Assembly: GCA_002633005.1 (NCBI GenBank)
Contig: NMRA01000098.1
Span: forward strand, 433,435-497,434
From: Phoronis australis
Lineage: Eukaryota > Animalia > Phoronida
DNA: 64,000 nt
Direction of reading: 5' to 3'
Shown here: positions 42,401 through 54,400 of the stretch, piece by piece
How positions within the stretch are numbered: the stretch's first letter is position 1
Layout of the letters: each line of letters begins with the position of its first letter
Made by a program: the position numbers and the translations under genes
Notes under the pieces: generated by a model
The model's input: only the letters and a program-made list of their open reading frames with translations
What the model was told of the DNA's origin: nothing
Databases searched by the model: none

Positions 42401-45400
42401 AGAATTTACTGATTGTATTTTCTTTAGGTGGTGGCCAGGGAAGGTTTTCTTTGAAGATCCTTGGCTTATACCATACATGTATAGATGGGTAATGTTTGTT
42501 TTTATTGTACTCCAGACAATGCAAACCAGTTAATAAATGCATCAGCTCTCCTCTGTCTCAAATGTCCCCAGGCCAAACTAATTTGCATCCTCTAAGTAGG
42601 AAATCATACACTTGTTTATTTTCTCTACACCTACAGAAAAGTATGCCATATACCGTAGCATGCCACTACACAGGTAACAGAGCTGAGTAGCCCTAAAGCC
42701 ACAGCAATTTTACTGAATAAAATTAGCACCACTTCCTCATAACTGTTGGTTTTGTTATAAACATTAACACAAAGTAAGTGCATTCGCACTTATCAACAAT
42801 CTGTTATTGAAATCGCCTATAATTATTTACAATAGTGTTCATGAAATTTCAGGCCACAATCATTACAGATTACTAGATTGTAAGTCACAGAGATCTAATG
42901 CAGAATGACATTTTGATTTCAACTAATTTAATGGACGGTACCCAATCATAACACCAATTGAATTACCATTACCATTTCCTTTCCTGGCCAACAATAATAA
43001 TGTGGTAGGAGCCTGTCATAGCCAGAGGAGCTCTCCTTGGGTGGCAGGAAGAGTGAAACAGCATAGTGCTAATCTCTTGTAATCATAATAGGAGCCTAAC
43101 TACCCTAGGGGTGGATCAGGCAAGCAGGTGCTTTGGTCTTTACAGGTCTTGAAGAGCTTGGAAGTGATGTACCACCAATGGAACCATTGTGCGAAAATGA
43201 GCAAAATTAAGCCGTTTAGGAGATAATTATCAGGTTGGAGGATGATTTTGCTGATGGAATGCACTGCTTATAGATTTCACCAAATGTAAATGGATGAGGG
43301 TGGATTAAAACAAGTTAGATTTTTTGTTCGGGGAAAAGAGACCCAATTTTAGGATTTATCGAAGAATAATGACAGTTATACAACACTTTTTTGTATAAAG
43401 ATTTAAAAAGGATGAAAGTTACCCTGGATTCCGACCATACTTTTTCCACAAGGATCATGATGTTCTAAGCATTGTCCAGACAAGCCGACAAAGGCGGATC
43501 CAGGATTATGGCCAGAAGGGGTCGGGTCTCCTAAAGGACAGTCATGGGGCATTTCATGATATGTCTCCATTGCATCATTTACATATTAAAAGGACATAAT
43601 CACTTTTAAGCCTGAAAAACATATTTCTGGGATTAATATTAGATCAGATGTATTTCATGAAGTTGTTACCTTGGACCAAAGCTATAGAACTACAAAATCC
43701 ATAGTTTTTTGCATTTCAAACACCAATCGACAATTCTAGACATTCGTTGAAATCAAGGCTGGTTCCTTTACCAGTTAAACACTTAAAATCCTCTGTCCCC
43801 TGACAGGTGGGGTTTAGATACAGCTAGGGCCCATCTCAGAAAATCAATTTTCTTGCCAACATGTCACTTTAGGACGTTCACTTAGGAAATCCAGATCCTT
43901 TCTAAATCGGAAACTACTTGCACCCGTATAAGTTTTCCCGGTGGCAACTACGGGGAATTACTGATGTCCGAGGAAGAATTTGGCGCCACGATTCCGCCAG
44001 AATTTAATAACCAATGGACTGCAAATGAAGAGATAAGACTGAAGCTGAAGTCTTTCTCCTCAGGCAAACTAAAGTAATCAGCAACTCAGGAGACAACAGC
44101 AATTTTTCACATATTTAGCTCCCAATTTAGCAGACAGGTGGAATTATACATTCTCAAAGTTGCACATGGAAACCCTTCTGTTTGGGCCTCAAAATGTCGG
44201 ACAAATGGAATTACAGTACGTCAAATTTTTTCAATAATCTAGAATCTTATAAGGATACTTTTGTTTCATATACTAGTAAAGTTCAGCTGACATCAAAGAA
44301 CCTTTTTGTGAACATGTGCAGACATTTAAAATGAGCCTTTGAAAAAGAAAAATGCAAATTTTTTAAATTGACTCAAATTGAAGAATTCTTACAATTCAGT
44401 TTTTATCAGTAACAGGTTTGTAGTATACAGCTATCATAGCACACAACACTAGGTGAAATATAATTCCCGTATTCGTGCTAATAAGCGCCCAGGGTGCTCA
44501 GAAAAATTAGGAGGGTGGCGCGCTAATAATAGCCTAAGCCAGTTGAAACCCGGTCTCCGAAACGGGTGAAATCTTAAGCTAGGATTCATCAAATTTACGC
44601 TCTGTGACGTATCTGTAACCTATGACAGACTTGTGGTGCATTGCTATCACACTTCGTTGTTAAATTACGATCATTTTTCAGAAAATTGTGCTGAAATCCC
44701 AGGGCAAAAACTTGCTGACTGATGCGTAGCTGCCTCGAGATTGTCGATTGAGCAACTTGAATTCTTGAATGTAAATAGATTCGACTCAACAAATTATTTG
44801 AAGTCCTCCTTAACCTTTCAAAATAGCTTTCCAAAGATTTTAAGTTCCTGTGGAGTTAGGATTGACTAGATATTAATGAAATGCCTTATGGGATGTTCAG
44901 AGTTAAGTCCAAATCTGCACTAGATCGTACTCCGCAACACGAGAAAAATCTCTGGACAAACACACATTGTTGTCACGTGATGTTTGTTTTGAAGTTCGTT
45001 TGCGTGTTGTATGAGTGAGCGAGCGAGTGCGTGTCATCAGAGTTCATTTGCCATAGTAAATGCGATGTAACGATCAAGTTGTATGTAGTATAGAGAACAC
45101 AGCATGAACAGTTGCTTTAGAACTAAAACGCTTTAGAACTAAAACATAAAGAGACAATGATTTTCCGCAACAATGGAGACCAGATAAAGTTCACTGAATC
45201 AGACTTCTGAAATTCACATAATTCAGCAAGAATCCAGAATTTTAAAATGTTGGTTTTTAAGTACCAAAAATTAAATATATATTCTATTTAAATTCACTAT
45301 CCGAGACCAATTCTGCCCCCATCTTTATCCATGAACACTTCACGGCAGTCACGATCAAGATGTCGATTATTTCCTAAGGTGGCTCAGTTCACTTTCAGGT

Positions 45401-48400
45401 TTTTATAAACAATTGACATGGCTTACAAGATTAAGTTATGTCATAAATGCCCGACAGAGTGAGGGCCAAAAAAGACAATGTAGTCTATTGCAGCACATGG
45501 TATTCACATTCAGAAAGCATCTTAGTGAAAGGGAATTTTTTACAACTTCAAGGGGAAAATCATGACACAAACTGTATCATATATTCTTGAAGATAATAGC
45601 CACAGAAGTCAAGACCACCCAAACACCAACACAGAAAAAGTCGCAGAAAAACATGACCCATACAAATCAAGACAGTCTATATGGAATTAATAAAACACAA
45701 GAAAAAATTGCAATCTTTTTATGCAAACATAATGGCCCATGAATAAACATTAAGTGTACACTTGCTGGTCATTATTGAAATGTACCAACACCTAGTACAC
45801 TGTTTCACTACATCGTCATTAGAGGATGGCTTATTAATCCACTAATATTTGTAGCAAAAAACAGGAACACAAAAAACCCACTGCCTTGCCATTAATTCTT
45901 CACTTATTTTACACAAAAATAATTTCCAAAACTGTCCATTTCATTTTTCGAAGGCTGACTGTTTGGCAACAAATAGTGGAAACTTTACCAAAAGATGTTC
46001 TATGACATCTACACAGTGCAAACCATGCCAATAATATGTAGGTAGGCTAACATTCTCTTAATCTTTAAATTTGTAAAGAAATTTAACAAAATAGAATTTC
46101 AGTTGTCAACCACATATTGTGCTAAATAGTCTCAGACAAGTAATTCTGGTGAGAGGGTTTACACTTGAGGGTCGATTGCAAAGATGCTTGGCTCATTAGC
46201 GTGGCGCACAATTACAAATCATTTTAACGGGATTTCCTGCCCAATCAGCAAGAATAACATAATAGATAATGTAATTGCTAAGTCTGAAGCTAACAATTAC
46301 CAAAGTACAGTAAAATCCCACCAACTTCGGACAACAATAATTGTCTGAAATTGGTTGTTTTTCACTTTTCAAAAGCTTTAACATTGTTGTGAATGTCCAA
46401 GGATCTTCAAAGCATTTTCTGACAGCAGGGGTGTCAAACAACTTACGAACTGACAAAGCCTACATTTTGAGCTATTTATTTTTAACAGAAAAAAAAAGAA
46501 AATACCAAATTTCACTCGCCTGACATATTGGGTCAAAAATTGGTAAGATTTTATGGAACAAATGAAAAACAATAGAGTTTATACAAGACAGCATTTTTCA
46601 GTAGCAGCACCGTCCCAAATTGATCTCTCCGTCACAGATACGTAAAATGAATTGCATGAGTAACCAAATTTTCAAAATGTCAGGCATTTTCATGAGTCTG
46701 GAAAGCAATGAACAACACAATCCCTGGACTGTTAGTACTGTGCAGTGTTGGTGATTAAAATATATTGAAATTGGAGCACAAGATGAATAAAAAATGGATT
46801 TTCAGTTTGTCCAATTTTTCAAGACATTAATACCGTAAAATCACACCAATAACATCCAAAACTGCCCTGCTTTTCAATTTTCAAGGTCTTTTAATATTGT
46901 TGGAAATGGACATAGTATTTCAAAATATTGTCAGGAGGTAGATATGGTAAAAAATGCAAACATTGAAGAGCAGTCATCTGGCGCTGTATATCCTTTAGAG
47001 AAGTAATGAGAAAATAAAATTCACTTGTTCGGCACATCACGTCCTAAATTGGCAAAATTTTACCGTATTACGAAAAATTAACTTTGTTACAAGTATGATT
47101 TGTGCAGTCATGAACAATTAATGATAAAAATTCGAGGACTAGTGCCAGTTTTCTACCACACTTCTGCACACAGGCAGATTTAGGGAGCCCTGTAGGCTGC
47201 CCACACAGTCACATGACCAAAACTGATGCCAGCGGATCACATTCAAGTGTTTTCAATGCTATCATCGATGTCCCTTTTCTGACACTGTGGTGGGGCATAG
47301 ACTGATACTTCAGATACGCCACCCCTCCATTGAAAAACTGCTTTTAGGTTGAAGAAGTCTTCCTGCAGATTTATACAAAAATGTTCAAATGATGTATTCA
47401 GAGTTTGTGCTTTCTCTCTAGCAGAAGCTGACAATGTTGTTAATGAAAACAGTCCAACATTGTTGGTGGGCTGAGAATAAACAGGGGAATGTGTAACAAT
47501 GAATAACAACAGCCTATCATGAAGGTAATGAATTGTTAATAATCTCTTTAGCCTGGGAGTGTGAGAACTGATTGGGAAAGTCTCAGGCAGTTGGACAGTA
47601 GATGGCCCACTCTTATTTTGAAAGTAACTGTGTTTTATTATTGAAAGACAATGACCTAGTGTCCCCTAGCATCCTTTCACAATATTGACTTACATTCCTC
47701 TCCTGTGACTAGAGAAAGCGAACCAAGGAGTTCTATTGTCAGAATGGTTATTTTGAAACATTACCATGTTTAAGGTTGATTTAAAGCTAGACATGCAGAG
47801 ACATTGGCAACAATGAAACTTTCTTCAGTTGATCATGTATCATTCTTCATGGGACATTTTTATCGTCTCTGACAATTTTCTTGGATTAATCATGAACGTC
47901 CACCCTCTGTAGACTTTGCCTACAGCTTACCCTAAAACCCAACAACGAAAGTATTTCAGATACACTGACTGTTTCTTAAACACTATTACTTTGAGTTTAG
48001 GTCATGTTATTGTACAACCAGCACATCACTGGACTCTTTTCTCACACATAAACTACCTCAAATACCTATAAATAAAACTTAGCAATAGTTCAAATATTTT
48101 ATCCAGGTGTCAGACAATCAAGCCCATAACAATGTCTTGTTTCCACTGTATTGTCAACTTCAAGAGTAAATTATGTAACCTTAGGGTCACTGGGTCTCTT
48201 TCATGAAAACGCACGCAAGCAGTCTGTGAGAAACTTTATTATTGCCATATTATGTCTACCAATACAATTGAAAAAAATAAGAAGGACGTGTCAAGTAAAG
48301 CTTGTATTTTGCCAGGTTACAGAGATCAAGTAAATCCCTGTGAGACATCGTTAGGTATATACAACTGAAGCACTTTGAAATTCCATTAAACACTCATTTA

Positions 48401-51400
48401 GACAAGCTAAGGGATGTTTTAAATCAGTTTGTGATGGCCATCAAAATAAGTTGCAAAATAAAACAACTGAACACTTTCTGTTTTCTGTAGTCGACATGCA
48501 CTTCATACAGGTTGTTTTAGACCACTTAATTCTTATTTTAATTTACTCTGGTAAGTTAGCATTAGCGCAGCTGTATAAAATATACAACTTAGGACCCAGA
48601 TGGGTAAAAAACTGGTCAAATAAGATCTGACACAAAATAAATGACACTAAAATCTATGATCTTGCTTGAGTAAAAAAAAATAATTACCAGTGCTAAAAAT
48701 TTGCTGTTCTACGATTACTCTGCTGCTAAACCTGTGCAACGATCAACTGCTTCCGCTTTTAGCACTAATAGAACATCACCTATTGGCTAATATCTTTTTG
48801 ACTCTTCAATCAACTGTTCTTCTTCAACAGGGTTGCATACATTTCACAACAAATAACCGCAATCAGTTTCATTTCATTTAAGTTTTTTAGTATTTTACTA
48901 CCACCTAACCAAATTTCTGAGCAAATTTTGCTTCAGCAAAGCTGTCATCATCTCCAAAAAGATGTCACAAAAAGTTTAGCGAATGGTGTGTACCACTAAC
49001 ACTGTTTTCAAGTCGACACACAGAGTTTTTTTGTTGCAAAAGCTGGAGAATAATGTTCATTATATTCATTTAAACAGTTATGAAATGCAAGATGAGTGTC
49101 GATTGACTCCGTTCCCAGATTTTGCATGGACCCTGTCTGGTCGATAGTTCTACATGTTGATATAGAGTTCATGACAAGGAAGTCAGCAGAACTACGTGGC
49201 CAGTGTGATATTGTGAGCTCTATGTGAAGTTGATTTCTAGCCTTGCATTTTGATATTAGTCTTCATACAACAAACTGGCTGCCTACTTTGAATTGGTACA
49301 GTTTTGACACCCCAATAGCAGTCAAAGTAACCCTAAGGTATATTGCAGCCATGGTAGTTAAAGAAACATTGTATTCAGAATATGAAATTTCATAATCATT
49401 TTCAAAAGTCTATTTCATATGGCAAAAGTTTAAAAGTTGGGCTTTTCAATATTTGAGTGTAGCGCACTTTGTAGGGTAAGCCTTGTCAGCAGGAATTACA
49501 CATCAAATAATCAATCACACAAAATTTAATTTTCGAGTGGTCTAACAGAAATCCGTTAAAGTAAGTTAAAGTAAGCAAAACGTATAGGCAGAGACAAAAT
49601 TAAGAACACTATATTGATTCTGTGATGCAAATGTCAAATGTTGCTGAAAGAAAGCTTAATCACGAAAAATTTTCAAACCACTTAATGGAATTGATCCCAA
49701 TTGCAGACTTAAAAACTTGATACCCTGTCAAAATGGTGATGCAGTGTTTAGCCAATTTGCTCCATTCATTACAGGATATTGACTGATGTTACAGGGATAT
49801 GTTTGAGGAAGTGATTTAATACTGAAATTTGGTCTCACACTCTACACATTTCTGAAAATTTATTAAATCTCACTGGAGAAAAAGTGCAAAGTCTCAGAGA
49901 ATCAATATATAACTGCTAGTCACAGAGAAATTTTCTACAAATTATTCCTAGACTCTGAGGCGCTCATTACTTGGCTAAACCTTTTTGCGAATTGGGAGCG
50001 TAAGACAAAATTTGCACTTTCATGAAACGTCTTAGCCTTACCTGCCCTGCACTGCATTCTATAGACCTAAGTTACTTAAGAGAAAAAAAGCTTTTATCTG
50101 ATCACCTGCTTCACTTGCAATGCATGTTGTTTTCTTGTAGACTTGTGTGATTTTACTTTTTCTTGAGTTTATGGAATGGAATGCAGATACAAGCCTGCTA
50201 CATGAATTGCATTAAGGACTGTCCTGATGGTTGTTATGGTTACGTAAGACTCTAGAAAAATGCCCAAATTTGACTAAGTCCAGAACAGCATATCTCGGTA
50301 ATGTTTGATTGCATTCACATGAAGATATCCGATACTACACTGTACTTTATGTACAGTTCTTCAAAACGCTGTTAGAAATTATATTTTTGAAAATAATGTT
50401 ACAATTATGTACAAGCTATAAAAATAGGGGCTATAATGACTTTGTGAAAATTTAAAATTCTGTAAATGAGATTATAGTTTAAGAAGCTGTAACGTATTTC
50501 TTGCGAGTTCATCTTGAACTTTTATATCAAACGAAATTTGGCCATGATGTTGATGTAGTTGTTCCGCTCGTTGGTTTGTGCATTTCTGTTTTGCTAAATT
50601 CTACGGTCACGTGACCTAAAATGGCAAATTGGCATCAAGGCTTCCTACTTTCAGTAAATATATATGTGTGCTGAGTTAAAATCTATGATTTGTAGATATT
50701 TGGCTAATACACAAAGTTGTGGATTAGGGCTTACACAATGAGGATGGTGTGGCCCTGCAATGACAAATTCAGAATAAATCATAACTTTAAAGCTGGTTAT
50801 TGAATAGCCACACCACCATTTTATTTTCTGTCCATCCATATAGTAATTTGACCCACGGCAAAGTCTAGGATTCAAAAGCTGTCCAGTGTGACTGGTATGA
50901 GTGAGATAGATTGGTCAACATGGTTAGCCAATGCAAACAGCTGTAACTAAATATGAGGAAACATTCATTGTGATGGGACAAAACAACTGGACAGGAATGA
51001 AACACGTACTCTGAATATTGATCTGTTTTTATATACTTTGGTGCCACAGTATCAACAAATGGTCAAAGAAAGGAGTTACTTAGGATGACAGGCTGTGGCC
51101 CTTTACGTGCAACTGAACTATTTTTTGACACTACGCATGGACATAGATATTTTCATAAGAGAATCAGGGTTATGATGACCGTTTCTCAGCGAACAGACAA
51201 TAACATCAAACTTGATATATTACCAAAATACAAAACTATACTGAATGAGTAGAAGTTTGCAAGCTGATTTTGCAAGCTGTAAAGGACATGCTTAATGCTC
51301 ATATCCAGTTTCGACAGCAATTTCGCTCCATAAGACATCTTTCACTATTTAGACATAAACCTTGCGTTGTTGGAAATATTTTATACCAAAGTCAATCCTC

Positions 51401-54400
51401 ATTTACCAGCAACTTTTCGGACGATGCAACGCCAAAAATATCCAATCAACGTTTCATGAAGATGGCGTTCTTCACTGTCACGGTTTGAGTCAATTAGCCA
51501 CTCAATAATTCTGATTTTCTCAATTAACATGTCATTAGACAACAAATAAACAGCTTACTTTATTGATGTGTCAATTAGTATTCTGTGATATAACTATCTT
51601 GGAGTTGCTGTAGCAACATTGCTAATGATGGCAAAAGCAGCACTGAAAACATGGAATCTAGATCAGCATAAATACACCAATAGAGGGCTCTCCACATTCA
51701 ACAATAGTAAATATTATATTCAAGGACCAGCTGTCTGTCACTCACTTAAATATGGTACCCATCCCACACTGCCACAAATTTCCCCACCAGCAAAACCACT
51801 TCTGTAGTAAAACAAACTGGTGAACCATCACCACTGATGAGGCTTCCCTCAGAGTCCTTGCTGACAGTTAAACAACACAGCAACTGGAAAACTAAAATGT
51901 TTGTAAACACCAGCAAACACATGTTGCATAAGACAGTGTTTAAGCCCTATCAGAGAGCTTGTTGTGTACCCTTTACAGTTGGCAAGATTCAGTTTGTGTT
52001 GGCTCTTCATGGCAATACTCTGATTATGGGAAATATACCTAAAGTGTCACTGGTGTGAACCATGAGCACACCACAGCTAACATGAATACCATTGTCTTTC
52101 ATGGAAGGTTTGATAGCAGAATTTCATTTCAAATAACCGGTGTTATCAGAATCATGTCCGCCTCANCTTTATGTACAGTTCTCCAAAACGCTGTTAGAAA
52201 TTATATTTTTGAAAATAATGTTACAATTATGTACAAGCTATAAAAATAGGGGCTATAATGACTTTGTAAAAATTTAAAATTCTGTAAATGAGATTATAGT
52301 TTAAGAAGCTGTAAAATATTTCTTGCGAGTTCATCTTGAACTTTTATATCAAATGAAATTTGGCCATGATGTTGATGTAGTTGTTCCGCTCGTTGGATTA
52401 AACATTTCTGTTTTGCTAAATTCTACGGTCACGTGACCTAAAATGGCAAACTGGCATCAAGTCAAAAATCGAATTCTTCAGGTTTCCTACTTTCAGTAAA
52501 TATATATGTGTGCTGAGTTAAAATCTATAGTTTTGTAGATATTTGGCTAATAAACAAAGTAGTTGTGGATAAGGTGTTACACAATGAGGACGGTGTGGCT
52601 CTGCAATGACAAATTCAGAATAAATCATAACTTTAAAGCTGGTTATTGAATAGCCACACCACCATTTTATTTTCTGTCCATCCATATAGTAATTTGACCC
52701 ACGGCAAAGTCTAGGATTCAAAAGCTGTCCAATGTGACTGGTATGAGTGAGATAGATTGGTCAACATGGTTAGCCAATGCAAACAGTTGTAACTAAATAT
52801 GAGGAAACATTCATTGTGATGGGACAAAACAACTGGACAGGAATGAAACACATACTCTGAATATTGATCTGTTTTTATATACTTTGGTGTCACAGTATCA
52901 ACAAATGGTCAAAGAAAGGAGTTACTTAGGATGACAGGCTGTGGCCCTTTACGTACAACTGAACTATTTTTTGACACTACGCATGGACATAGATATTTTC
53001 ATAAGAGAATCAGGGTTATAATGACCGTTTCTCAATGAACAGACAATAACATCGAACTTGATATACCAAAATACAAAACTATACTGAATGAGTAGAAGTT
53101 TGCAAGCTGATTTTGCAAGCTGTAAAGGACATGCTTAATGCTCATATCAAGTTTCGACAGCAATTTCGCTCCATAAGACTTCTTTCACTATTTAGACATA
53201 AACCTTGCGTTGTTGGAAATATTTATACCAAAGTCAATCCTCATTTACCAGCAACTTTTCAGACGATGCAACGCCAAAAATATCCAATCAACGTTTCGTG
53301 AAGATGGCGTTCTTCACTGTCACGGTTTGAGTCAATTAGCCACTCAATAATTCTGATTTTCTCAATTAACATGTCATTAGACAACAAATAAACAGCTTAC
53401 TTTATTGATGTGTCAATTAGTATTCTGTGATATAACTATCTTGGAGTTGCTGTAGCAACATTGCTAATGATGGCAAAAGCAGCACTGAAAACATGGAATC
53501 TAGATCAGCATAAATACACCAATAGAGGGCTCTCCACATTCAACAATAGTAAATATTATATTCAAGGACCAGCTGTCTGTCACTCACTTAAATATGGTAC
53601 CCATCCCACACTGCCACAAATTTCCCCACCAGCAAAACCACTTCTGTAGTAAAACAAACTGGTGAACCATCACCACTGATGAGGCTTCCCTCAGAGTCCT
53701 TGCTGACAGTTAAACAACACAGCAACTGGAAAACTAAAATGTTTGTAAACACCAGCAAACACATGTTGCATAAGACAGTGTTTAAGCCCTATCAGAGAGC
53801 TTGTTGTGTACCCTTTACAGTTGGCAAGATTCAGTTTGTGTTGGCTCTTCATGGCAATACTCTGATTATGGGAAATATACCTAAAGTGTCACTGGTGTGA
53901 ACCATGAGCACACCACAGCTAACATGAATACCATTGTCTTTCATGGAAGGTTTGATAGCAGAATTTCATTTCAAATAACCGGTGTTATCAGAATCATGTC
54001 CGCCTCAACAATTATTTGGCAGCAAAGGAAACTTGGCCAGAGTCTAAATTTTGAGCTCAAACTCTACTCAGACTCAAAATTAAACCCATCACATTGACGG
54101 TTCCAGTACAAATTTATAAGTTTACTTAAAGCATGCAATGCAATCGGTCAATTTTCAAGTCAAATTTTGAGTATAGTAATTGAACCCCTGGTCCTGGATC
54201 TTACGTGATAAAAATTGACAACAATGGAAATTAAATTGGCAAGTAAGTGTTCTTGATTCAATACCTTCACTTCTAAAATAACATTAGTAATCAAACAAGA
54301 CTTTTTCATTCACTGCACTGTGGTCTCACTCGCATCAACACTACGGCTGCAGATCTGCCTGTCAACACACCTTTCTTTTTATCACATCTAAAATTCATGA

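Noticed and set aside
50345-54007. Tandem gene duplication suggested by paired ORFs
   Set aside because: The ORFs are short, non-protein-like and frameshifted between copies. The single-N junction points to an uncollapsed haplotype.
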